Part shown: piece by piece, positions 1-12,608 of the stretch
How the letters are laid out: each line of letters opens with the position of its first letter
How positions within the stretch are numbered: the first letter of the stretch is position 1
From: Auanema rhodensis
Taxonomy: Eukaryota > Animalia > Nematoda
Direction of reading: 5' to 3'
Length of the DNA stretch: 64,000 nt
Assembly: GCA_964057225.1 (NCBI GenBank)
Contig: OZ059894.1
Location: forward strand, 10,416,001 to 10,480,000
Program-made: the position numbers and the translations under genes
The notes under the pieces: model-generated
Told to the model about the DNA's origin: nothing
Databases searched by the model: none
Seen by the model: only the letters and a program-made list of their open reading frames with translations

Positions 1-1731
1 ATCAATTAAATGTTCCATAAGTATAATCAGGGTTTTAAAAAGATTAAATAAACTTTTTTAGAATGAATATTCAATATAAAATTTAACGATAAAAACGATA
101 ACAGAATGCGAAAAACTGGAAAAAATCAACAACTTGAACTCACAGATTTAACTAAAAATTTGAATAAATGAAATATATCATGAAATATCAAATCAAATAT
201 GAAGAATCAAGAAAAAATCTATCATGATTCTCAAGATTGCTGATTATTAAGAAGTAATCTGAGTATAGCATTCCATGAAAAGTTTCTTGATAACATTTTT
301 TTTTTGATAATTTAACATGTTTTATATAAGCATAATGGCGATGAAAGATATTAATGTTATATCTTTATGACCTATAGGAAAAAAATGTTTTATATATCTT
401 ATATTATTTGAAAAAGAGAACATTACAATCTGTGTTAGCTTATGAGCTTGTTAGAAACTGAAGAAATAGTATAAGGTTTCAAACATTGAACACATTATTG
501 CTTATGTAAGAAGATCCAAAAAGAAGAATATTCTATAATTGTTATAAAACTAAACGAAAAGTTTAGTTCCGTTGATCTATTATCATTCCTGATACTCTTG
601 CCTGATTGAAATTCTACTTTCTAATATTATTTATTGAAGTAACTTCTGTTTCATTTTGTTTTTACAAACTCCTTTAATTCAAAAAATATAAATTTGTAAA
701 GAAATTGATGACAATGATAGGTTTTTATGATAATGCGTACAACACTTGTAACAGAAACAGAAATATAGGCAAAATGGCTGACATGACAGATATCAAGACT
801 GTGAGAACAGTTCGAAGGCCGTTCGCAGAATTCAGATGTTCTGATTTACTATGTGTGATACCCATTGATGTGAACTTCTTCAATTCGCCATACTAAAAGT
901 GAAAACAGTGAAAATATAAATAAACCATTCTGCTTTAAAAATCTTCGGATAGTCGAAATTGTTTGCAGAAAGTCGGCTTTCATATAACTTCACAAGTTAG
1001 TTTACTTGGCACTTTTAGTTTTTTAAACTTGCCAAGTAAACCTAAGGAAACACATTAAAAGCTTAATTAAGCTTTAAAATTAGGTAAAATAATACAATAT
1101 AAATAAAATAAAATAAAATAAATAAAATATCTTAGAATTGATAGGAAATCAGATGAACAATTGATGTTTTACTTTAAATTATTTTTTAAAATACTATAAC
1201 TTCTTAGCGATGACTCATACAAAGAAAAACTAGTATATTTAAAACTTGGAATTAAGAATCAAAGTAATATTTTCAGAAACTTTTATGGGTTATTCACCAT
1301 TGATGGGACGTCACAGATACACAAATACATAACAACCGCTCATCTCAAGTTTCATTTTAGAAATGATTCACACATCTAATTTGAAAACATCTAATTCATA
1401 TTTGATTGAAATACCATTCCAACCAAATGTATTGAAACATCTATTGAAACGTGTTTAGTAGATTTTTGAATTATGCTGAATCTTCTGAAGGCAGGTAATC
1501 CGCTCTTGTTAAAACTTAAACCTAGTCACGTGTCTATCGTTTTGTTTCAAACTTTTCGATGAAAACAAACAAAAAACATAAACTTTAATATCAATATGAT
1601 TGAGCATATCAAGATTACAAATTAAGCCCGTGATGGGTAAAAATAGAGGCACACAAATTATACCAAATTAACAAACATCTTATTACAATTAGAAGAAGAG
1701 ACGGAGCAATGTCTCTTTTTTCAAAAATACA

Positions 1732-3553
1732 TTACAATCTCTGTTGGCTCATGAGTTCGTGCTTAATAGCCTTTTCATCAATATCAGACAGCTCAGAAGC
1801 TTGAACCTGCATAAGTGACTGAAGACCAAGAGTAGCTTTCAAAGCAGCTACAGAGGAGGCGTACAACATGCGTCGACGAACTGGAGCGTCATCGGGGCAG
1901 CTAAAATAAAGAAATTAAAACAAATAATTGTTAAACACAAACTATTGGATGAAGATGACTTTGCTGAGCTTGCTTCCTCCTTCAGTTCCTTGTCTCTGAA
2001 CTTGAACCTCAACATCTACAGCAGCATATCTTAACAAACCGTTTGAAAATAAGTATTTTATTAACGAAAAACCTGCATTCTTTTCCCCCTTCAACACACT
2101 TTTTCAACTCTTCAATAAAGTCTCCATAAGAAGCTCCCTTCTCACCAACTTTTTCGACCTCGATACATGTATCGTTCTTTCCGATCTGTAATGATGTGTG
2201 TTTTGTCTGACTCATACTCTATGATTGACACGAAAAAGATGTGGAAATTCTTGCCTTGAAGATTAAGAAACTATGTTGATGTTTATTGTGAAGTTGATCG
2301 TAAGCAGTTTTGCAAGAGGCATCAATCTTGACTCCAGAAGCCTAAAGCCATTTATATATGTAAAAAGAATGTAAAACAAGGTACGGCACATGGTTTTATT
2401 ATCTAAATTAATAAAATCTGCATTACCATTACAAGTAAAAACATTACTCAAAAGGAGACGTGCAAATATAAAGCGCCAGGATTAAAAAGGACACGAATGG
2501 ATCAGCATAACAGGCTGAATTTGTACCCAAATGCACCTAGTCGACTCCTATCAAGAAGCTCGCCTAGGATACCGGTTCATGAAGCCTAACTAGTGAAAAG
2601 GAAACTTGTGTTAGATAAAAGGAACACGGCAGTGGATAAGGTTATTACTCACAACAACGCAGGCAGATCAGTAATAGACGCCAAAAGGGCCATAAATGAA
2701 TTAGAAATTAAACAGAAAAGTAGAAGTGACACGTTTGGACATATAACTTAATTGTCGGCGTACTTCTCAACGAGCTTGCTGAGCAAATCTTTGTGGGAAA
2801 GCTCGGATTCATCAGAAATCTGAAGCACAGTCTTTATAGAAAAACCATACAAAATAACAAACCTGGAATTGGAGCATCTTTCCGGTTCCGAGAGAAGCCT
2901 TAATAGCAGAAGCTGAAGAGGCGTACACCATCTTCTTCTTGATGGTGGAGGTGTCTGGGACGCTGAAACATAGTGGATAAGATAATGAAATTCATACAAA
3001 ACACATTACATTTGGAGGAATACAATCTTGTCCATCTTAGAAGTACCAGCTCCTACACGAGAACAGGTGAATTTGAAATCGAAAACAGCATAACGGCAAT
3101 CAGCGTAGTTCTCGGTACGGGTCTGAAAGTTTATAGTTATAGTATCTTGAATATTAAACCTGAATATTAACCTTAACATCTTCAACAAACTTTTCGAAGG
3201 CAGCCTTAGAGTTATCTTCATAATCATCCCCAGAGATACCGATCTCTTCCTGGCTAACAGCGGCTTCGACAACTACTTCACGATCCTGAAAATAGCATAT
3301 TCGACATTGCGCAACTAAATTGAGTTTATACCTGGATCTTGAAGAGAATATAACGGTATTCTCTCTTTCCCTCGCTAAGTTTTTGGAAAGTAGCCTGGAC
3401 CTCAGGATTGACAGAAACACCGGATGTTGACTAAAAACACAGCAAACACATTCAGCACACCCACACACATGCGTTTTAAGATAATAATTTGTTAATTTCG
3501 AAATAAGATTAGAAGTGATAAATATTTTGTGAATTAAAAAATGAACTCACCAT
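1732..3553 (-). CDS. unc-60: ADF/cofilin, UNC-60B (muscle) isoform; shares only the ATG exon with A
   Basis: Exons 2255-2341, 2073-2185, 1943-2029 and 1732-1900 give MASGVKIDASCKTAYDQLHNKHQHSFLIFKIGKNDTCIEVEKVGEK...ECRYAAVDVEVQVQRQG...CPDDAPVRRRMLYASSV...HELMSQQRL*, a UNC-60B match. There is no ATG ahead of the first B exon. Confidence 0.96.
2748..3553 (-). CDS. unc-60: Actin-depolymerizing factor/cofilin, UNC-60A isoform (spliced)
   Basis: ATG-only exon 3551-3553 followed by gtgagt. Exons 3332-3430, 3172-3285, 3010-3122, 2863-2962 and 2748-2819 give MSTSGVSVNPEVQATFQKLSEGKREYRYILFKIQDREVVVEAAV...CRYAVFDFKFTCSRVGAGTSKMDKIVFLQ...KKKMVYASSA...ISDESELSHKDLLSKLVEKYADN*, which closely matches C. 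elegans UNC-60A as I recall it. Confidence 0.97.
3431..3480 (-). promoter_or_regulatory. UG-rich splicing-regulatory element at the 3' end of unc-60 intron 1A
   Basis: The minus strand reads GCAUGUGUGUGGGUGUGCUGAAUGUGUUUGCUGUGUUUUUAG directly before exon 2A. In C. elegans a UGUGUG stretch in this intron is bound by SUP-12. Confidence 0.7.
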
Positions 3554-6500
3554 AGTTATACAACTGTTTCGTTTGCAGGAAAAGCACAAAAAGCAAGTTT
3601 AAGGAAACCTGTAAAAAAACAAGAATTATCTAATATTAATATAATACAAACGTCAATCAAAGAAATTGTTTAATTATAGAAATTCAAAAATTAAAAACAT
3701 TTCGTGAACATGAACTATAGTGTAATAATAGTTTAAAAATCAGATGTAGTGGAGCGAACGCGTGATATATAGAAGTGGATTAACAAAAGCGAATCTATTG
3801 AAAGAATTAATCAAGAAGACAATGTTGGGCAAAAAAATGACTAGGACATATATTTGTCTATCGATTAGAGGTTTTCTGGGCTTGACTCATGTACAGCCGC
3901 TCTTCTCCGGGTGGGTGGATGACGCAACTGTACAACATTAGACAAAACGAGAAAAAACAGAAATAAACAACGAGAAAACAGCAATATTTTTAAGAATCAG
4001 TCGATAATCTGGTGCTGAGTGGATAATAGAGTGGTAGTTAGTTGTAGTAGTAATGACCTCTACTCGCAGTGTCAGGGCGCAAATGCCGAAGCGTTCAAAG
4101 AAATAAGGGTTCTAAGGCAGTACTTGCCTGGCCGGGCGCGTCGCGGCAGAGACCACGCCTACCTCCAACGCGCACCTATACTGTACTATGTAGTTTAATC
4201 AGAAGATGCATAGATTTTAAAAAATTATGAAGCGAAAACTTAGAAGATCAAAAAGAGAAAAAACAAAAAAAAATCTTTTTTTTTTCATATTTTTTTGGAC
4301 ATATAGTTATGGAAATGCGCAATAGAAGAGAACGAACACCAACAATATTCTAATGCTGGGTGGGCAGATTACATTGATCACAAAATGGAGGCTATGACAT
4401 TGGAAACCTTCACAAACCTGTATAACAAGAAATTTTGGACAAAATTGAGACAAAAAGAGAACAAACAATACAAGCGTTCGCGTAGTCTTATGAAACAATA
4501 TGGGAATATGCAAGATGCGGATGCATAAACCAACGTTGCAGACCGATGTGTAACTTGGCACATGGCGAGCTACTATCATATCAGTTCTTTAACTGCTTAC
4601 CACTTCAGTAACAGCATTTGTTATTTTTATCGATCGATATAGGCGCTCACCTTTGTTAAGTGGAGATTATGGAAGTGTTTGTTCTGAGGGGCCAACCTGC
4701 TCGTCGCGCCCAAACCTTAGTGTTTACCTCTTATTTTTCTTAGGTGTTTTCATACTTTCGAACTAGCTACTAGTAGTTCATACTAATAATAATCAGAAAA
4801 TTAGAGATAAACAATTTAAATCAGCAAAGTTGAAAAATATCAAAGGCAATAAAAATTAGAATCTAGGAATAGTCATAGCGGCAAAGATAGAACCTAATAA
4901 ATTGGTGTTGAGTCATCACAACGGCAATAAACATCAACTAATTGAGAAAATAATAGAATCGAAAACCAGTACCACTCCCAATCACGACAGAAAGCTCAAG
5001 GTATGATATAGGATTGAAGGAGCTATGACCTGTTAGAATTCCAATAATCATCCATAGAAGTTAAATGACGCCGTTTCCCACACAAAATGGATTGAGCGCC
5101 AAATTTGAATCATCATTTAGAAAATCAGTCCGAATAGGAGGGGAAGATCTGTCCTATTGAAAGAATAGGGTAAGTGAGTGAGTGAAAAGAATGCCCTATT
5201 TCAGATTCACGTCATTCGCGTGGACAGATGTTAAGCGAACCATGCAAGATCCAAACGATTTCTTGATCATGGCCACTTTATTCAGTTTGATGCTGGTGCT
5301 GAATATAATGACCAATCATAACTGTGTTGTGTAGGACTAGATTAGGTCTAACCGGTCTATGCTGTCACCAGAGAAAGGCGAGCAGAAGATGAGTATTTTT
5401 CGAGATGATGGAGCAAAGATGACACTAGGAGCATATTGCGGGGAATAAAAACGATAGATTGATTATGGCAAATAAGAAAAAACTGCTTGACAGTTGCTGG
5501 GAAAATATCAGAAGGATGTTAGAAGGAATATGCTAAATGTTCGAAAAGGGGGAAAGGTATATATTGATGAGGGGATGAAAAAGAGGTTAAAAAGACGACG
5601 AAGAGGCCGAACCGATGACACAAAAGAATCATTGAGAGCGGATGGCGGTTGGCCAGTCGGACGTCGGTTGCTTGGTTGGTCGATCGTCAGCCGGACGGAT
5701 GGACGATGGGTGAGGGGGGGGGGCGGTATGGCTGGGAACAACGTATCACAACAGGCACAAAACGATCTCTCTCCTTCTCTTAATATTTCTCAATCGCTCG
5801 ACCGATCGTCTCTATCTTTCTTTGCTCTGCTTTTCCTCCCCTCACTTTACACTCAAAGGAAAAGAAACTGGGAGAAGGAAACGTAGAGAAAACCGAGATA
5901 GATGTAGCTAGACAGACAATTTGGCAGTTCAGCAGCATCTGGATTTCTCAAATCCTGTTCTTCTCTCCTTAGCAATCGTTCTCTCCTTATTCTATCGTAT
6001 CCATCCTCCTCACCAACACCCCCGTTAATGATGGATACAGGCGGAGCCGATGAGGACTAACCAAGCAACTAAAGGTCTAGCACTCCCTCCTCGGTAAACA
6101 GAAACCGTTATCGACTACCGGTCGGCAGCAGCCCCTAACAATTAGTAGATGACAATGACGATGATAGAAGGGAACTCATTGAAAGACAGAAATCTAAGCA
6201 ATGAACATTCATGTTATAGGACAATTAGCTAGCTGTTTTTGAAAAAGAATGAGTGTCATTCGCGATGTCTTATGAAATCGCGCACGATCCTGGCCGTGGC
6301 TTGAGTCAGCTCAAGGCCAGGAAAGGTGGAGCATCATGACAAGACAAACATCCAGAATAACGGCGAAAAATGGTCACAATTTGAAGGTGGGGAAATCATC
6401 TTCTATATGCTAAAGACACACAGAAAATCAGTCAATACTAGCTGTAAACATCTAGAGTTCACTATATATTAAAATAAGAAAAGCAATGAAACGGGACGGT

Positions 6501-9253
6501 AGTTGGCGATTAGGTACCTAATCCAAATGCTAAGAAACAACACGCGAGCAATATCTTCTTCTCTTTCTCTCATCTTTCTGTCCTCGAACTTTAATATCAT
6601 TTTTGGTTGATTGCTCTTTACCAATATATTGAAACAACGTCGCGCAAACGTGCACTGTGTAACAGTCGTAGTAACAACTGGAGACAGAAGGTGATAAAGT
6701 AGAAGCTGAAGACATTTTGATGCGAGTTAAACCAGAAAAATTATAATAGTAAGACACATTTAACAGCTCAGAGATAGAAACAAACGATCGAACAGCAAAA
6801 CACCAGCTGTCACAGCGTTTCTTCGGCCCTATGACTCGTTGCAAATCAATAAACAGTGGCTCTCATACATATATACAAATATATTATATGTATATATAAA
6901 TCTAAAAACCACTGCATCAAAAGACTAATCAATTGTTCAAAAAGAATGCAGAGAATAGATAAAAACAGTCTAGAATAACGCGATGTCATGGAAAAGTTGC
7001 TGATATGAACTCAATGGCATGACTTTCCTAAATATTAATGTTCATGTACAGCGATCAATTTACAGTTTTATAATATATCTATTTTCTCATCATTATAATA
7101 AGTTAAAACAAGGCAAATACTAACGAAATTCAATAAAAAATAATTAAAACTGTCTTATACTTAGATAAATTCAAACTTTCAAGTATTTTAGCAAATGCTC
7201 TTAATAAAATCTGAGAGGATAATAAATACGACCGCATGTCAGCGAAGTTGAACGCAAAATGAACAGCCGAGTTAGCGTTCATTTCAATTCTTCTATGAAA
7301 TTCAATTTTCTTATTATCATTAATTGTAAACAGTTCATGTAATACTAATATAAACATTATTAAAATAATATCAAATTTAGATTATAAATTATAAAAGAAA
7401 TGTATATACATATGTTATCGTCGTCAAATGTTTTGAGAATTTTATTTTTTATTTCCTTTTTAAGAATATAATAATTCCGTATTCTCTTCAAAAGTCCTCA
7501 TTTTCTTATCATATAACATTTGATTTTACTATTAAACATGAATGTTATCTTTTGAAATCTTAGGTATGAAGTAACTTTTTTTCAGTTATAGAGATTATCT
7601 CATATTCTCTCTCTCTCTTTCTTTCTTTCTAAAATTTATTAAAAAGAAATGAAATTCTTCATAGAAGAACTAAAACTATTGTTTTTTTTCTTCAATTTAA
7701 CTATATTGACTATATGTATGTGTCTAGTTCTAAATACAAATCTTGAGATGATTACAAAATATTTTTTTTAAAAGTAGAAGAGCGAGAAAGATTGGAGAGA
7801 TATGACCCCAACGAATAAAATTTATTGTTCCAAATGTTTTTTTTTTTGAATTATTTTACACTTCATGAATATACAAACATGTGTAAATTTTAAATAAAAA
7901 TAAAAAAGTTTATTATATTTCATATTATTGATGTTCAAGTATGTTTCAAACAAAAGATTATATTTGCTATGTTCGAATTTCAGTTTTTTCGTTGATTCAC
8001 CTATGCTTCGGAATAATAATGTTTCTAATGTTATGAGCTTTGATGTGTTTAGCAAAGATGTTATATCTTCATACTGTGTATTCAAGCTTTATCTATTTCT
8101 TCATCAAAACTTATTTTTTAGTATTTTACTTGTAGCTGAGTCCTAGTTACTTCCTCACTGAATATATTATTTCACAATATGCTTGTAATCACTGAAAATA
8201 TTTGTTTTAAACTTAAATCAATGTTAGAACAACAATGTTGAAATTTTTTGAAGTTTTTCAAATTTTGTTAATTCATTCCAGATGTTATTGATGTATCCTT
8301 TAAACTATTTTTCTTTTAAATCTTAAAATAATTGAATTATATATAGAAATAGATGTTATAGTATTCTTGTTAAGATTGTTGAAGATTTCTTTTTTTTTAA
8401 AACTTACTAACATCTCTTTGATTTTATTGCTAATGATAACTTCGTTAATTCTTTCATTTTCTCTTAAAAAAACAGAAATTTTCTTTTCGATTAATTAATT
8501 TTGTCAGAGACAATTGTATCAGAATAGAAATTAAATATATTTTTAAAACCAACATAAACATAATATTGAGTTAACGTTGTGATACGATAAGATAGGGTTT
8601 TAAAGTTTGAAATATCATAGTCATAGTGTTCCCCAAAAATCTATTAATGATAAGAATATTCGGTAATATATAATAAATAATATAAAAAAATAAATAATGT
8701 AAGTATTGGAAATAAGAAAAAACATATTATATAGATGATCTTATTCAACTGACAAGTTACAGATTAAGATGACTTTTATGTAAATTGGTCCTAGAAAGAA
8801 GTACAAATTATCTTCTTTCAACTTTTTATGAGAATAAAACCTTTTTTAATAATTGTATAAGGATAGAAAGAAAGAATTTCAATTATTTAAACTATTTCAT
8901 AATAAAATTAACTTTTTGAAATTGAAAACATTGAAATGACAAGTTTGATATTTACTTTTAATTACTATTTCTTTATAGTAAATGGGTTGTAGCTGGTTAT
9001 AAGCAGTGAATCAAATTCAAAATTTGTTTTTCGCATTAAGGTCTTGCTATTCTTTATTTTCATAACATCTGTTGAAAGTATCGTGGTTAATTACTTCATT
9101 TTCTTTGTTTTTCAATTGTAAAAAGATAAAAATAAATTAGAAATTATTTATTATTTATTATTTAATAGAAACAATCGTTTATATACAGTGCACAGACCTT
9201 TGCATAAGCGAAAAAATATATTTAAAAATTGGAAAGCTCACACTTCAGTAAAC

Positions 9254-10241
9254 CTAAGCAGTTGGTGCTGGGGCAACGGTGGTGGTAGTTGCTTCAGCCT
9301 TAGCATGCTTCTCCTTCTTTCCTCCCTTCTTACCCTAAGAATATTCCATTAGAAAGTATAAATTATTTAGTTGTAACACTAACCTTGTGAGCCTTCTTAG
9401 ATCCTTGCTTATCCTTACAGACCTTGACGGCATCCTTAAGCTCCTTCTTCTTAGAAACAAGAGCGTCATTCTTGTCGGTAGCTTGGCATCTACAAGGAGA
9501 CTATGATATTTCGCCAACATAGTGAATTTTTCTACTTTTCATGCCAAAGAAGTGAAAGTTAGTTTTCAAATATTGAAAACTTTAGTTAAACTTTAGTTTT
9601 AGTTTTGGAAATCGAAACATAATTTATTCCAACTTACCCCTTGATAACACTGCAGCATTTGGCAATCTTGGCACATTGAGCTCTGAGTTTTCTGGCGTCC
9701 TTGGCACAAGTGTTCTTCTTATTATTTTTCTTTCCTTGTCTCTTCTCTCTCTTGGAAGCGTCAGTTGGAACCTTCTTCAACTAAAATTAAAGGCATGATG
9801 ATCAGCTTCAGAAGGATAGTTTACCTTTTGTACTCCAGCTGCGCACTTTTTGGCTTTACGTCCAGTAAGAACCTCAGCATCTCCAGCCTTCTCCTTGATG
9901 CAGCCAATAATGTCAGTAGTTCTCTGGCTTTGGAGAGCGTGTAATTCATCTCCGATTTTCTTAGCCTCTTCGCAGAAGACCTTCTTCTGAAACAAATTTT
10001 CGTTTTTTTTTGGATTCAGGAAGTATATATTTACATCTTTTTCACTATCGGCACCGCAATCAGCAAGACGAGTTTGAGCCTTCTCTAAACATTCAGCATA
10101 TTCTTGGCAAATAGCGACCTGAAACGAAAAAAATTAATATAAACCTATGTCTGAAATGCATTATCTACTTACACCTTCAACCTCAGCATCAGCAGCAAAG
10201 CAAACTCCAACAATGGAAGCAAGAATGAGATACCGGAACAT
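9254..10241 (-). CDS. Secreted Lys-rich, Cys-containing helical protein of unknown function (6 exons)
   Basis: TTTTCAG acceptor 2 nt before the ATG and signal peptide MFRYLILASIVGVCFA. Exons join in frame with GT-AG sites: VAICQEYAECLEKAQTRLADC...CAKDARKLRAQCAKIAKCCSVIKGCQATDK...GKKGGKKEKHAKAEATTTTVAPAPTA*. Codon usage resembles the highly expressed unc-60. Confidence 0.9.
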
Positions 10242-10555
10242 GGCTGAAAATGAAAATGAATTAGCAAAGAACAATATATTTATATGGACACCATATGAGA
10301 AAGAGAAAGAGAGAGAGAAAGATAGAGAGAGAGATTGAGAGAGAGAGAGAAAAGAAGAGGCACTGATCATAATTTTAGAACAGGAAGTTCATATGGTCTG
10401 TGTAAAAATATGAAGAACAGAGGTCGTGCTATTAATTAAAGAATAATTGACTGAGCGGTTGATGAGTAATGCTCAAGGTCGTGAAGCTTGATTGTTCATT
10501 TGATGTCCGACGCAATGTTTCGGCAGCTTTTGTATTTAAGGGAGAACTGAGTCAT

Positions 10556-10566
10556 AGAGAGAGAGA

Positions 10567-10606
<40 letters not shown>
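10556..10606 (-). repeat. (AG)n tract ending in a G10 run upstream of the Lys/Cys-rich gene
   Basis: Directly visible. Confidence 0.9.
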
Positions 10607-12570
10607 CACATGTGGAGGTAACGTGGCTTTTAAAAACAAATTTGATCATGGAAAAAAAGACAAAAAAGTATGAATTTTCATAAAAATGTTGAATTAACAG
10701 TATGCTGGATATTAAGTTAATATTTACTGTTGAATTGCTATAATATAAATTGAAGAGAAAGAAAAATAGGCAAAAGGAGATTGATGATGAAGTGAGAATA
10801 AGAGGACGATGTTGCCTATATAAATGAAACTAAGTCTATAGAAGTGAAAGAAGAAAAGAGAGAATGACCTCTTTTTGAATAAAAAAAAGATAAAGGGATG
10901 AGAAGAGAGATTAGACTGTTATAGATAGGCAGTAGTAGTGTGTACCTCTCCTTACTAAGGTCTTGAACGAGCGGCGACAACCTTTTCATAATTATAGTTA
11001 AACTATATGTATTCATAAATTATGATTGTTAACTATACATATAGATATACATATATATGTATTATATAAGATCAAATAATACAATAAATTGTATTGTATA
11101 GTCTTCGATTGTTGAAACAAGGAAGTGTAATACATACGAAACAAGGAATGGAACGATCAGTGCTGATTACGACCTTATATATACTCTTGGAAAACTGGGT
11201 TTCTAACGAACATTAAGTTCATGAAAAAGTTTCTTTAATGATCTTTAGTGATAGATTTTCTAAACAAAAGGTTGGATATAGGGCAAGAGAACACAAAATC
11301 AAAGAAGATGTCAACGAACAGGCTGAATTGTTGAACGTAGGTTGCTTTAGACCTGAATATCGCGCACATGATCACCCGTTTAAGCAATTGCTCTTAGATC
11401 TTAGATGCGAAAAAGATACATTGTTCACGCTTTTTAAGAATAAAATCTCAAATTGAAAGACCAATAGATATTTTGATTGAAGAAGAGCGTATGGTAGAAA
11501 TCCCAGAGGAAGGTCGTCTTCCACTTTTCTGAATTTTGCTTGATATTCAGACGATTCTCTGAAGTTTGTTGTAAAACAAATCACAGAGAAGATAGATTGG
11601 TGTTCTAGTATTCATGTTAAGGATAGAATGCCCTTTAGATAACTAAAATATGTGAAAGAATGAATGAGGAAGTAAAGAATTACTGTTTATTGAAAAATTT
11701 TCAAAAATAATATGATTATTATCTAATAAATTGAAAAGAAAATTTACTTTACATTGCTCTTTGGTTAAGGAATTTTGAGCAATCTTAAGGAATTTGAAGA
11801 CTCAAATCCGGTGTAGTTTATGAGAAAACAAAAGAATTTCATCTTCACAGCAATTACAATTGAAGAGAGTAATTGTAAACAAAGAATTCGTTTGAAGAGC
11901 TTCAAATGGTCATTATGCCGAAGGGAAGTTGTGAAGAGTATTCTAGTAAATTCTCATGGCTGGCTATAAGAATTAAGCGACTTCTTGACAGAAAAGCTCA
12001 TGGAAAATTAGAAGTGACACTAGCTAGACGGCCACAAGTGGAGCAGACGATGAAGATTCATGAGTTGAAAGCAAATGCACACTGTTGGCTAAAGTAAAGA
12101 AAGTAGTCAATGGACTTCTATCTATCGATTCTTCTGTGTATATTCTTGATAGTTGATGAGATTATCAGCAATAACATGAGCGATAACGACAAGGTTAACC
12201 TTCTGTACAAGGATTTGATGAGGATCAGGAGGATTACTTACGGAGGTGACGACAATTGATCGCCACATCCGTCGAAACAAGCTATGCCATCTAGTATCTG
12301 AGGTTATATTGAACATTGACTGTTAGTATATGTGAGGAGATGGCTATGAGAGATCATATCAGATGACAGATTATTCTGAATGGAAAGCTGTTCAAATGGT
12401 CTTGAAACGTAGAGATTTGTTGCATCTGCTTTCAACTCTTTTTCATGAAAAATGTGAAACATAAAGCAAAAATATATAAATATTTGGAATAAGAACATAG
12501 ACAGAGAAGGATTTACATCTTTAAAAAGTCAAGGAAATAGAAGAAAATGCTAGGAGCAAAAGAAATATAC

Positions 12571-12608
<38 letters not shown>

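Noticed and set aside
4307-4528. Plus-strand 73-codon open frame (LWKCAIEENE...MQDADA*) after an AG
   Set aside because: No recognisable domain, no upstream exon or good start context; compatible with chance.
5494-5886. 130-aa ORF in a GC-rich patch
   Set aside because: Non-ATG start, low-complexity translation and no splice context; more likely regulatory DNA upstream of unc-60.
12120-12300. Possible minus-strand mini-exons (ILDGIACFDGCGDQLSSP...) with a gtaagt donor
   Set aside because: Needs a 39-nt intron, and no start exon could be linked.
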